A stretch of 64,000 bases of DNA from the human T2T-CHM13v2.0 reference genome, Homo sapiens, in the NCBI RefSeq assembly GCF_009914755.1, contig NC_060936.1, one strand, 5' to 3'. The position numbers were made by a program, and so were the translations under genes. A model generated the notes under the pieces. That model did no database searches. It worked only from the letters and a program-made list of their open reading frames with translations, and was not told the origin of the DNA. Below, one piece after another: positions 40,079 through 53,632 of the stretch. Position 1 is the first letter of the stretch, and each line of letters begins with the position of its first letter.

Positions 40079-42019
40079 GTCTTGTGGGTTTATAATTTCT
40101 GGAAGTAAAATATATGACAGTAGGAAACAAAGTAAGAGGTAGAAATTAAGTTATGCTGTTATAAATTTCTTACATATTGAGGGATTTGGCAAAATTACTA
40201 ACTTAGACCAATAATGTAACAATGCACTTGCAATTTCTAGGAAAACACTAAAGGAATCCCAAAGTATAACCAAAAAAGCTAATAGAGAAGATAAAATAAA
40301 ATATAAATATTCCATTAATACAAAAGAAGGCAAGAAAAGAGAAATAAAGGAACAAATAGATGGAAAAATTTGTCAACAAATAAGAAGATAATAGACTTAC
40401 GTCCAACTATCTCAATAATTACATTAAATGTACATGTACTGAACACTCCAGTTAAAAGACAGAATATTTCAGATTGGATTAAAACTGATGCAACTGTATG
40501 CTTTTTACAAAAATCACTTCTTAAATAAAAAGGCACAGATAGATTGAAAGTAAAAAAGAAAAAAAAAAAAGGAAAAAGATGTTCCATGCAAACACTAGCC
40601 AAAGGAAAAAGGCAATTTGCAACTGACCTTCCTTCCATGTCATTCCATACATGAAAGTTAGCCCAAAGCCTGTGTTCTGAATCATAATGCTTCACTACTT
40701 TTATAACACAGCGAAGTTCATCTCCCTTTGTAATATTTCTTTGTCTTGGCCAAGGTTGATGGCCTCCGTTCTTCTTTCCCATTCTCAGTTCATTTGGTGT
40801 TGTTCTGAGCATGACAACAGGAATACTAGAAATGAGCACGCTTAGAGAAAAGTAAGCTGTAGTCAATATTCTGTGTCTCTTCTGCAGATCCTCACTCTGA
40901 ATCTTCCTACTCACCTGGCCATACCCTATGGTGGGCAGGATTGCTGGAATGACAGCCCACTTTGTTTAGGAAAGGGAGAAGACAGTGAGTTGCCCATATC
41001 TGAGCAGATCTTTGAACCATACTCTGAACCAAATTTAGTTCTTATTAGTCCATCTCTGTTTAAACTATTTTTCCAGACTATTGGAGATTAGATTCTCCTA
41101 AAAGAATTGGATTTCTTTTTGAATTCTTATTGCTATCACTTTTACTGACTTTTAAGTGGGCAGTAGAACAGTTCTAAGATTAGTTGCCTATGCCTCCTTG
41201 TTAGTACTGTGCAATAGAGAAAGAGAGAGAGAGACTATCTGCTAACAGTAAATGCACTTTAGTTATCCTAGTTATATAAGTATTGCAGCTATGTAAGTTG
41301 GAATCTTGAAGAAATTAATAAATTCAAATAGAATAATATATTCCACTGGAGGTTAATGCTGCTCAGATGATATCGGATGATCTTTACCTAATAAACTGTC
41401 AGGGAATTAGAAACACATTTGCAAAGTTCTGACAATTTGTGGGACCTGGAATAACATAATAAAAGCAAAATTTAGCTTACCACAGGGTCAATGTGAAAAG
41501 CCACATTTACTTATATAAGAAAGTCCACATGGTTTTGTACTTCCTAACTTTGCTTTTAATGATACATAAAAACAATTCCAAACTGGAACATTTTTTGAAC
41601 CTCACAAATTCCAACTTATCATCTATGGTTACAAAAGGTTAAGAAGCCACATGAGCTAGGATAATTTTCCCTCTGTTCTGTCTCTTATATAGGGTTGAAA
41701 ATAGAAACTCTTTTTACATGAAATCATCATTTAATGAATCTAGTTGATACAGAAATCCTAATGTTTAATAACAGCCACCAACTGATGCCAATAAGCAGCT
41801 AACTCAGGGAAAACTGTAGAAGGTGAAAAACATTACAGTTTTACTTATTTACTTATTTACATAGTAGCTGGCATGGAGATAGAGCTTGATTCATTTTCAT
41901 TATTGTTGAATAAAATAAATACAATAAAATATGCATGATCTGTGGATGATTGAGCATGAAACAAATACATAGTAATTTCTGGTTTAATATTTCATCAGGC
42001 TAGCTATCCCCAGCTAAGT

Positions 42020-42745
42020 GTTTCCAAAATGCTGCCAATATACATCAAATAAGACATTGATAAAGATGAAAACACATGCCAAAATCTAAAGCCAACACTC
42101 AAACAAAACAAACCACTTTAACAGTTTAGGATATATTCTTCCTCCTTTGTCTGTGTACTCACTCACACACACACACACACACCCATAAACATGCATTTTT
42201 AAAAATTCTTACATATTGAATCATAATGTACAAATTGTTCTTTTTCTCATGCACTGTGCTTTAGAGATCTTTTCATTTCACTACATACAGATGTACCTCA
42301 CTGATTTCAACAGTGTTGTCATGGTACTCAGGAACTATGTACCAAACACCATTTATGTAATTTTTTAACCATCTAAAAGTACATTTTTATATTAGAAATA
42401 TTATTCATCATTTTAATGAGGTAAATCCGTATATACTGACATAAAATATCTCCAACACAAAACAAGGGGCAATACATAAAATCTGATGCCATTCCTGTAA
42501 AAAAAGAAGTCTACATAATTTCTATGTAGAGACACACATGACTTCATAGTAAATGTATGAAGGATAGAAAGCTAACAGATGAAAGTCCCTTTGGAGAAGT
42601 ATCTGGGGTTGGTGTGGGTAGATAAGGGGGTGTTAGGCTTATCTGTAATGTTTTAATCTGTTTTATTTAGCTTATCTTGTAATGAAGATATATGTATTGT
42701 ATTAGCTGGCAAAATAAAAATTATATCATATTTTAAGTAATAAAA
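42020..42745. mobile_element. L1ME-like fragments with a short (CA)n at ~42160-42182
   Basis: ttagagatcttttcatttcactacatacagatgtacctca; gaggtaaatccgtatatactgacat. Confidence 0.5.
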
Positions 42746-44569
42746 AGTATATAAACTGGAAAATGAATACGTGTATTCTAGAGATGGTTGGAAAACCTTG
42801 TCAAGGGAAATTGGTCCATCAGCAGCAAGATCATCAATGCAGAAATGTAAAATGGTTGGATTTTACAGTTACATCTCTTAAATGAACACTGTCAAGATGA
42901 TACCTCATGTGCTTTTCCCTGGTGGCTGTGAATATTATTTTAGCCAGCTTGTTCATGAAGGATGATGACAGAAAGGCATGGAAGTCAATTAAAAGATGCT
43001 GCCATTTATGTCAAACTCTGGGACTGAGTATGAGAGTCATGCTACTGTCAATCATGCTGGTCCTTTGCATATTAGTGTCCCTGCAAGGCTGGCTGCACAG
43101 GGGCTCACTTTTATGAAAGCTGGATTCCAGTGCAGTCACCTTTCAGTTGCCTTGTTATCAGTGCCTTTTTCTCCATTACGCATATCGTTTGCCCTTATGT
43201 CTTTCCCCTTACCTTTAGCTGGATGATAATATTGAAAGATAGAGTTACTGGAGCTTATTGAAACACAAAAACCAAAATTTACAATTTACTTTTTAAATAT
43301 ATCCATGGCTCAGAATTTCAGAGGTGAGCAAAATAAACAAACAAATATAAAGCTATATCTAGGTGTTTCCCAAAAACACTGGAAGAAAGCAATTTCCTTT
43401 CTATGTTAGTAGTTTAAAGATCTGTAATTAAAGTGAACTTTTAACTAAAACAAGAACTGAGGATTCTTCAATACTGATACAAAACAAGTGAATGTTACAG
43501 CTGAGAATGAAATAATAACCTAGGACTAATAGAAGAACGTCAGTAGAATCTGGATTGTGTATGAAAATAGATCTGGAAACCAGTAAGCAGAGAGATGGTT
43601 GCCTTAGCTGCTGCCTCTAGAGCTCTTACTAATCCTTCAACAGGATTGAATAGCAAAGGACAATGATATCAAAAGACTACTCTGCAACACATGCAAATGT
43701 ACATAATTATTCCTGAGTCCACAACATAATGCAGCCATTCTTAGATTCTATATTTTTGTTTTTAACATAATGTCTTAAGTTAATGAAACTCCTCAGAAGA
43801 TGTAGCCTTGAAAGACCCCATCTAGCCATTTTGTTAAGATTCTGCAAATCAAGTAAGCAGACCTCTTATCAAAATTATATTTTAAAATTTTAAGAACATT
43901 TAAAATGTATGTGTTGTGCATCACATAAACTGATGAATGCACAGCAGAAGAGCACAAATTCGAGTCTTTCAAGTGTGTTGATCCTGGCTGATGGAGGAAA
44001 AGAAGAATGCATGCCTGAAAAGAAGTTCTCACATGTATCTACTCTTACAGCACACTACAAAGAGTTATAGAAATATTTGCCTAATATTAGCTGCTCTGCC
44101 ACCCCACCCAGAGAACATTGGGAGGGACTGGGTTACACAGGCTCAACAGGACAAGCCAAGTTGAAAACATGCAGATATGAAAGCCCAGGGAGCTGTCAAA
44201 TGGCAGAAAGGCAGAAAGGAAGAGAGGCAGGTTTATCAACGTCAAAATCTTAGACCAGGAGACAAGTAGAAGCAAAAACTGGTAGGAGCTAAATGAATAA
44301 TCTATTTGACAATTATCTGCACTTTCTGTGTAGCATACCCATATGATACATCTCCATTTTCCCTTCTTTCTTCACTTTATACCTCCATCAAATAAACCTG
44401 TCTGATGTCTTATTCTCTTAGATTCTGGCTGGGTGACAGAAGCAGTCTGATACATTAATTCCTGCCAGATGTTAACTGGGGCAATAACATCATGGATAAG
44501 ATCAGGAACAGCATAGGTTGGAATCCAGACTCTGCCTCTATTAAATTGTGTGTCTGTGATATAGGTTCT

Positions 44570-44856
44570 TTTTTTTAAGGTGAAGTGAGTTTGTTGATGT
44601 GTACCCTAATCTAATATGACTGCAGGTCTTATAAGGAGGGGTGGTTAGGACACAAAAAAGCTCAAAAGTAGACCCTCTGAATACAGAGACAGAAGACAGC
44701 CATCTCCAAGCTAAGAAGAGAGGGCTCAGAGAAACCACCCCAGACTGACAGCTTGTTGTTGGACTTCTATCCTACAAAATTGTGAGAAACTAAACTTCTG
44801 TGGTTAAGCTCTTCAGTCTGTGTGCCATATTATGGCAGCCCTAGGAAACTATCCCA
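44570..44856 (+). mobile_element. MLT1A/B LTR fragment
   Basis: ccctaatctaatatgactg...cttataagg...ttggacttc...tatggcagccctaggaaacta. Confidence 0.8.
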
Positions 44857-45486
44857 GCCTATTAGGACACACATAGGATGCTCCCTGCAGAATGGCTACA
44901 TGGAAATGGAATCTTATTATGACAGGATCCAACAGCATTGAGAGGCTGACCCGCTATGGGAAATGGCTTCCCTTAAGGAATAGTATGATGCCATGTGAGG
45001 GCACTTCCTGATGGGGCTCCTCCCTGATGGGGCTAGAGGGATGAATTCTGTGGGATGACCCTTTACAGACAAATGCATGGAGTAGCTTCACCTCCTTTTT
45101 TGTGTAACCCCCCTACTTTTGTGTAAAAACCTCCCCAGTAAATGTTGGATTGTGAGTCTTGGAGGACGTCTAGCAGGGCCATGGAGCTGTGTGCTATATG
45201 AGATATCTAGGGTGGGGAGTTAAAACAAAACTGTGGCAACAAGCAGAGATACTCATGGTGTTTTCTCTGATCTTCCTACAAGGTGGTGAAAGGGATTTTG
45301 CATGTAATCAAGTTGCCACTGGGGAATAATGTCAGGCAGATTCCTCTGGGAGGAGACAGTGGGTTACTCAATTGGGAAAGCCCTAGGAGAGAGCCCAGGG
45401 AATTTCCATATTCATTTATATGTCCTGGGTCCACCCTGGTCTTCTCTGGTGGCTGTCTGTGGGGACCACTCGGTGCCTACTCTCAC

Positions 45487-45597
45487 CCTAGAGCACCACT
45501 GGTCATGGTTGGTGACATGGTACACCTGCCCTTCTTTGAAGGAGATGGAGAAGGTGAATCCATCCAACAACTCCTGCTTAATATGCTGCATGGAACT
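45487..45597 (-). pseudogene. RALGDS-like gene fragment, coding exon B (111 nt, SSMQHIKQELLDGFTFSISFKEGQVYHVTNHDQWCSR)
   Basis: Acceptor ctctcttttCAG| and donor AGG|GTGAGA, phase 0-0, no stop. Ungapped 14/37 identity to the recalled RALGDS segment SSTQEIGEELINGVIYSISLRKVQLHHGGNKGQRWLG. Confidence 0.82.
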
Positions 45598-46014
45598 CTG
45601 AAAAGAGAGTGTCCAAAAGCCAGGCCAAGAGGCATCAATGGCCAGCCTTGCTGTTTCCCCAGGCAGTCACCCAGATTAGAACTTTCCTTCCAAGATCAGG
45701 CACATAGGAGCATCTGCAGAGCATCTCCAGTCAGAGAGGAAACTAGATGAGAGATTGGTCTCAGGATGAACATGTGAAAAGAAAAGCTTTGTCCCCAACA
45801 CTCCCTTTCCCATCCTGCCAGCCATGACCAGAGTATGAATCTGACAGACCCACCTCGCTCCCAACCCCTGACAACCTGCCCCTGTCCAGGGAGGGCCCCT
45901 CATCTCTTGCTTCCCTAAAACACATGGTGATGGGGAAGGATATGGGACAGCCCTGATTGGATCACAGCTGAGGCCTGGACTGGAAGGGCCTGCCACTGGG
46001 CTGCCCTGTGTTAC

Positions 46015-46152
46015 CTGTGGGTGCCTTCTGCCAAATGGCCAGAGGCGTCGATGGTGAGGGTTCAGCCAATGTCCGCAGTCTCTGGAAAGATTCTCACTTT
46101 GGCCTTTGTTGAGACAAGGACATAGACAAACTGAGATACAGCAGGAGAACAT
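46015..46152 (-). pseudogene. RALGDS-like gene fragment, coding exon A (46 codons, MFSCCISVCLCPCLNKGQSENLSRDCGHWLNPHHRRLWPFGRRHPQ)
   Basis: ATG (aagATG) at 46152, open frame, phase-0 donor CAG|GTAACA. MFSCC...HW..PH.RRLWPFGRR resembles the N-terminus of mammalian 'ral guanine nucleotide dissociation stimulator-like' paralogs (recalled, not searched). Confidence 0.75.
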
Positions 46153-46367
46153 CTTGCTGTCTTGAGCATCCCCACCAATGGCTGGATATGGGGCTATCCC
46201 TAGAATGTGGGTGCCTAGTTACCAGAATTCTAAGTTCTGTTGAGGTCTGTCCCCAAGGAAGTTAGGTCACTTCTTCAAGGCTCCATCAACTAGGCTCCTT
46301 CCTTTCATAAGACCTACTCAAAGGCCCCAATGGGATTCTGACCACTCACCCTCCCGCTATCAACTTC

Positions 46368-47257
46368 TTATTTTTTCCAAAAGTTATTAAGGTACAGGTG
46401 GTATTTGGTTACATGAGTAAGTTCTTTAGTTGTGATTTGTGAGATTTTGGTGCATCTATCACCTGAGAAATATACACTGCACCCTATTTGTAGTCTTTTA
46501 TCCCTTGTCCCCCTCCCACCCTTCCCTCCAAGTCCCCAAAATCCATTGTATCATTTGAGTCCTAACAGCTTAGCTTCCACATATCAGTGAGGACATACTG
46601 TGTTTGGTTTTCCATTCCTGGGTTACTTCACTTAGAATAATAGTCTCCAATTTCACCCAGATCACTGCAAATGCTCTTAGTTCATTCCTTTTTATGGTTG
46701 AGTAATATTCCATGGTATATACATACCACAGTTGCTTTATCCACTCAATTGATGAGCATTTGGGTTGGTTCCAAGATTTTTCAGTTGTGAATTGTGCTGT
46801 TATAAATATGAGTGTGCAAGTATCTTTTTTGTATAATGACTTATTTTCCTAAGAGTAGATACCCAGTAGTGGGATTGCTGGATCAAACAATAGCTCTTTA
46901 AGGAGTTCTTTCTAGTTCTTTAAGGAATCTCCACACTGTTTTCCGCAGTGGCTGTACTAGTATACATTCCCACCAGCAGTGTAGACGTGATCCCTGATCA
47001 CTGCATTCATGCCAACATCTGCTGTTTTGTTATTTTTTGATTATGGCCATTCTTGTAGGAATAAGGTGGCATTACATTGTGGTTTTGATTTGCATTTTCC
47101 TGATCATTAGTGATGTTGAGCATTTTTTCATATGTTTGTTGTCCATTTGTATATCTTCTTTGGAGAATTGTATATTCATGTCCTGAGCCCACTTTTTGGT
47201 GGGACTGGTTTTTGTTTGTTTGTTTGTTTTTTCTTACTGATTTGTTTGAGCTCCCTT
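46368..47257 (-). mobile_element. L1PB-like 3' fragment
   Basis: acaggtggtatttggttacatgagtaagttctttag...gagattttggtgca is a reverse L1PB 3' end, followed by ORF2 C-terminal sequence. Confidence 0.85.
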
Positions 47258-47409
47258 ATGTTGGAGTCAAGGACTCTGGTGCTTCTGGCTCCTGTCCAGA
47301 GCACTGCCTACCTTGCCGTCTCCAGCTGTCACATAACTGTGCTCCTGGATCTCCAGCTTTCAAGTAACACATTTGATGTTTTAGCTTTCATCATCCTCCA
47401 TTACCTTAA

Positions 47410-47827
<418 letters not shown>

Positions 47828-48599
47828 TGAGGGAGGCTTTCTACTGACGTAAAACTCTCTAGCAACCTTGATAGGATAAGAAGAGTCTGAGATTTGGGTA
47901 CTCCCTTGAAGACATTGCCTATTATGTATCTAAACCTCCACTTTATAGTGAAGTGACCCTCACTTTATAGGTATTTAATAAATGATGGAAGTTTCCTCGG
48001 TACCCTATGTGGATGGAAACCCATCACTGGCTGCTTTACAGGATTTTGTTTTTAATATTTTGTGACAACATACTTATGTTACTTTTGGTTCAAGGAATAG
48101 TTCATTTAGGAGTTTAATAGTAAGAATTTGTTAACAACAAGAACAGAATTTTTACCCCTGCATTAGATTAATTCCATAAATTTTTAACAGTTATTTGTTT
48201 CTATATTTTAATATAAAACAGCAGGTTTAAAATATGAAACACAGATTAAAATGAGACTAAAATAATTGACAGTTTCTTTTAACCACAGAGGAAACTGGGC
48301 AAGGAAAATCTTAGGATGGAGGAACTGAAAAACACTAAATTAGGAGTACTTGATTAGATATATGTAATCTAACCAGGAAGCAGACATGCATTTTTCTCAT
48401 TTTAAAGACAAAGAATGGAAATATGTGATTTTCCTCTGTGTCCAGCAAGTCAGGGGCAATGAGCTAGGCAATGAGCTCCTATAAAGTTGTCTCTGAGACA
48501 CATTACTTCTCATATAATGCAGTAGACATGAGTGGAAGTGATTAATATCCTAGACTGTAATAATTAATCTGTCAGCCTCCTATTGCCAATAAAAATGAA

Positions 48600-49400
48600 A
48601 ACAACAATCTCTAACATTGAGATAGCATTTTTGTGATGTTCTAATTTCTTTTACTCTACTTTTCACTGCATCATTTTAGAGAAAAGGACGCTGAGAACCA
48701 AAGAGCAGTTTGTCTAAATTTACAAAGGTAGTAATTATTAAGTATGAGTTAGATTTTTTTAAATGTAGTATGGATTTTGTTTTGATAAACACATATTTGA
48801 CGATTTAATCTTTCACTTATAGGTTATCTATATTGTTTATTCCTTTAATAAACATTACAGAGCCCCTGATATACCTGAGGTACTGTGCTAGATTCTGAGG
48901 ATACTTCAAGGAATGATTCAGACACGGTTCATCCCATGCATAATTTACAGTATATTGATGAAGACAGTTATTAAACAAGGGATGAATATTATAAAACAAT
49001 TTCGGTGTTTTCCACACTTGCCTCATGGTTAGTCACAGGTATAGTGTGGTATCTTTATTGTGCCACAGACTGGTAGACTTAGCCACACTGGATGTTAGTT
49101 GGATGATAACTCCTTTGAAAGAACTAAGACTCATTAAGTATACGTAAAGAGGGCTGGTGCTGTTCAGGGGACAGGAGTAGGAATCATGTCTTCCAGAGGT
49201 TTAGTGAAATGGGTAGACTGTGAGGCTGAATTTCAATGAAGAGACTTAGGTGAACATCATCAAGAATACAAAGACAGGAATTTCCCAGGACAGGGAAGGA
49301 AGGAGTACGTTGTTGAGACCAAATTCAACATATGCAGGGACAATGTCCATAAGCTATATTTTTTTGAAGAGGATAAAGAATGGACCAAACACAAGCAAAG
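48600..49400 (-). mobile_element. MIR plus L2 remnants
   Basis: tttattcctttaataaacattacagagcccctgatatacctgaggtactgtgctag... Confidence 0.55.
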
Positions 49401-49752
49401 GCCAGAGTTACTCTAAAAAAAATAGCTTGGTGGGCAGATGCTATCTTTAATGAGGCAACTCAAGGCTTCTCTAGGGCTATTTTAGTCAGAAAGGGGAGAG
49501 AATCTCCAAATATGGTCCATTTCCTTAATGCAACCAGGAGTCAAATGAGAAACTCATTTAAAATTCCACGAAAATTGGGTGAGGAGGGAGAATATTTCTC
49601 TTAGAAAAAAAAAATCCCCTTCTAGGTATAGGCTCTAGTAATGTTGGGTAAATATTTGGATATTTGGATATTATGATTAGCTAAGAATGGAGACCATCAA
49701 AAATCAGGTTGAATAACAATGGGTTATTGACAATTTGCCTTTTAAGGAAGGC

Positions 49753-49767
49753 GGGTCCAGTTGACCT
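49753..49767. promoter_or_regulatory. Candidate ERE ~17 kb upstream of RERG
   Basis: GGGTCC-agt-TGACCT, one mismatch in the 13-bp core. Confidence 0.3.
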
Positions 49768-52700
49768 CAGAAGTTCTTCAAGTGAGATTATTTTTTAAGT
49801 GGAATCTGAATTTGTTGGGACAATAGAGTATAACTTAGAGATTTATGGGGAAAATATCAAGAAAGAAAAACATCTCTAGGCTGGCAGCTGAAGAATTACT
49901 CTCTGGGAGAAAAAAGGTCTAATGGAGATTGTTACTAAGTTCTTTGCTATGATGTGTGCAATGTAAATTTGCTCTTTTATTTCTGCAATTAAAATCTACA
50001 TTGTGACTTGCATTTGACCTTGAAGCATGTGACCAAGTATTGTGTTCTTATTGAAGTTGATACAGGAAAAACTACAGGTTATTCATATGGAGTGCCAAAT
50101 GTGGGTTATAATACTCATAATAATAAATACCACTTACTTAGCATTACTATGCCCTAAATGTTTTCCTTATGTTGTCTTATTTGCCCTTTACCCCAATTAT
50201 ATGATTTAGTGTGTAGTTGTGGTTTTAATTGCCTTGGCTTGAACTGACCTATATCATTACTTCTCATCTTCCATTGGCAAAACTTAGTCACATGATAACA
50301 CTATAATGGGCACCAGCAAATAGAGCCTCCAGCTGTACTATTTCTTCCCAGATATAACTCTCTAGTGTAAAAGAGAGAGCACACATTTGATAGATAGCAG
50401 TCATATTGGCCATGTCAGTCAGGCAGATAGTATCCCCATTATATACATGAGAAAAAGGAGACTTAGGAAAATTGAGTAACTTCCTCAATATCACACAAAT
50501 AGAAGTGGAAGAGCCTGATCCATGCCAGATATTTTTTAGATGCTAACTACATATGATCTAATTTAAATGTAAGGTAAAGCTTATTTAAGTGAAATGAGTT
50601 AGATGAAATAGAGTTAAACTGACAGCCCCAACCACCAGATAAAAAGGTAACAGAAGCCATTAAAATGAATGGGGATAAAAAATGAACTCAAAGACACACT
50701 GTTAAATAGAAAAGAAAGAGCAAACCAGTAAGATACAATTTGTATATTAAACAGTTGTAATTATACACAGGCACTGTGCTCAGGCACAGGGAATATCTCT
50801 GGAAGGGGGATTCAGAGCTGCTGGGACAGTGGTTTCTTCTGAGGAAGATAACTGAGGGCTTGGAGAAGGACTTCCCTTTCATTATACACCTGTTTGAACC
50901 TTTTGAATATTTTATTGTGTGCATGCAATTACTTATGCAAGTTTAAAATTTTAAGTCAAATGTCAAAAGTTGATCAGAAGATAGCATAATCCTTTAGGAA
51001 CTGCTGCTCATTCTCCAGGCTGGAGAGACTCTTTAACGCTGAACTTCCCACCTTCGCTCTTTTGGCGCCACGTAATCTCCAAGGATACGATTCTTAACTC
51101 CTGTTGATGTGAAACTATATTGACTCCTGGAAATCTCAGGGGTCGTTGATCCTGGTCCCATTGTCAATAGACAACTCTTCGACTTGGTTTTACCTCCCTA
51201 TTTCCTGGCAATTAAACTATCCAGGTTGACTTAGCATTAACCAAGCCACCTTCAAATTTACCACTTATGCTTGGATCTATTCTCCCGAGACTGAAAGTCT
51301 AGCCAGTCTTTCTGCGTGACTGGTCCCAGTGCAGCACACATGTAGGAAATCTGCAGAAATAAACCAAGATATATGATTGGCGAATGAGTGATTTGAGAAC
51401 AAAGGATAATAACATTTCAAATGTGAATTCCTACAATTAAGGATTTGAAAGAAAATGGAAATCACATTTTTCTCTTCATGTTTATCAGAGCAAATCATTA
51501 GTGATGTTTATGCCAGCTATCTAGTTAGGTCAAGCTTTACCATGGCCAGAAATGATTTTCATAAACATGCAAGCAGGTGGAAACAACTTAAAAATAGCCT
51601 TGAATGGAAATAATTACCACTTTATATTATCACAAAAGCATATCTTTGTGGCAGAAAGCCCCATTCCTACTTGGCAAAGCCCTAATTACCACTGTTTACG
51701 AGAAGAGTGTTGATGCCTTAGTCGAAATTCCTGGGTTCCAAAGTTCAACTTTTTTTTCCCTAGAGTTTAGAAAATGCTAAAAATTATCTTTTGGTCCAAA
51801 ATGGCTTCACAGACAGTAATTGTTCCAATGATGCACAAAGTATTGCTCAAGCACTTTTGTCTTATGTTGAAGCCCTTGTTTTTAAAGGAACAGAATGCAA
51901 CTAAACAAATGTAGAAATTAATCCTTAATCCTAATAGTTAAATCTCCATTTAAAACTATATACACAATAGTTGTCTCCACTAGAAGTTAAAATAATTTGA
52001 ACAACTACAAAGTTAAAACAAAATTTATAATGAAAGCATTTTAGGGCATAAAATACATTAAACTAAGTTATACTATATTTCTTAACTAGAACATGATGCT
52101 GTTATTTGGAATGCAGGGGGAAAAACATAAATTTGACCTTTCATACATTCTCAAATATTTCATGTTGTTTGAGGTATGGACATATTACATACATTCCTTA
52201 ATTCATTTATATATTCACTGATGCCAAACAAACATTTCTAAGATTATTTGTTTTAAGCTTATTTGGACAGTGAAAAATGTCAGTATACAATATGCTTAAT
52301 TCTACTTCAGCTTAGAAACGGTTGTCTCAGCTCAAATGTCAACTTTTAAAACCAAATAGAAGAGTCAGCAATTACGTTCTAACATTTAGATCTGAGAGTG
52401 AAAATGAATACTGGCCGCCCTCCTAATCGTTTTCTGCTTTTGTTTTTGTTTTCCTTTTTGCTTTTTTATTTCACTTCTCCTCCTTGACCCACAAAACTTG
52501 AAGATTGAAATGTAATTTTCTTTTGTAAGACTTTGTTATTGATTTAATGAATTAAAAGCAACTTACTTGTATTTAAAAAATCAGCTTATATTTTGGTTCG
52601 TCAATGCTTTCAATCTTCTCATAATGCTACAGCCCATTCCGACATTAACTTATGGACTTATATCTATCAAGTATCAACAGTGACAGAAACAAACTTCTTC

Positions 52701-53332
52701 TCTGGTAGAAGAAAATCTATCACGATATTGCTTTGCCTTTTACCTTTCAAAATGCTGTGATACCAACCATGTATTTTTCCCCTCATCTCTCTTAAACTTT
52801 ATTGTAAAATTCTTTCTGTACCTTAACTCTAAATATCGGAGTTCTTTGAATCCCCTAGATGAGATTCCTTTTCTTCTCTCTCTCTCTTCCTCAATGTTCT
52901 TAGGCAGACCTATAGTTCGAATGCTATCTCTGTCCAGATGAATCCTATGTTTATATAACACTATGATATCTGTGAGCTTTCCTGTCTTGAGCAGAGGCCA
53001 CAAAGGCTGAGAGCAACACAATACGAGGCAAGTATCTTACGTCCTAGAGAAGATACTAAACCAGATGGGGTGGTCATGCTAAGGGATTATAAAACTGGTA
53101 CTGCCAGCATTGGTCTGTTGCCTGCCTTCTGAATCTGTGAAGGAAGGTGGCAGATCCAAAGGAGGTTGAAGCAGCCACTTTCAAAATAATTTCTTTAAAG
53201 GGAATTGTCAGTGTGCTATCCATTTCCCCCAAGTTTTCCACACAGCTATGAAGGAGGGGAGAGGTACTCCCCTCTCATCTTCAACCATGTGAGTTGGAGT
53301 TTGTGAGAAGTATTTAGAGTTTAGCACACACT

Positions 53333-53632
53333 TTTGTTTTGAGATGAGGTCTCACGCTGTTGCTCAGGCTGGAGGGCAGTGGTGCAATCTTGGCTCACTG
53401 AAGCCTCAACCTCCTTGGCTCAAGCAATCTTTCCACCTCAGCCTTCTGAGTAGCTGGGACCACAGACACATGCCACCCCACCCAGCTAGTTTCTTTCAAA
53501 AATATTTTTTTGTGTGTAGACAGGGTCATGCTATGTTGCCTGAGCTGGTGACAAACTCCTGGATTCAAGCAATCCTTCCACCTTGGCCTCCCAAAATGCT
53601 GGGATTGCAAACATGAACCACCACATGGGGCC
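53333..53632 (-). mobile_element. AluJ
   Basis: ggctcaagcaatc / ggattcaagcaatcc J-type arms; TSD agcacacac(t/g)tttg. Confidence 0.9.

Noticed and set aside
40315-40914. 199-aa ORF, the longest in the track
   Set aside because: Starts at the GTG of a splice-donor motif, half is antisense L1 with poly-F, and it has no recognisable domain.
45007-45034. Short tandem duplication of cctgatggggct
   Set aside because: Ordinary slippage duplication with no evident function.
45066-45209. Possible third exon after ccccaccctAG| (ISHIAHSSMALL...)
   Set aside because: No similarity to the expected RalGDS REM exon (...AGTLEKLVEHLVPAF...) in any frame I translated.
45676-46014. C-terminal 112 aa of the 158-aa MFSCC ORF, and plus-strand ORFs 45283-45750 and 45329-45601
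   Set aside because: Read-through into the intron after the phase-0 donor, or antisense frames; the homology follows the spliced A+B structure.
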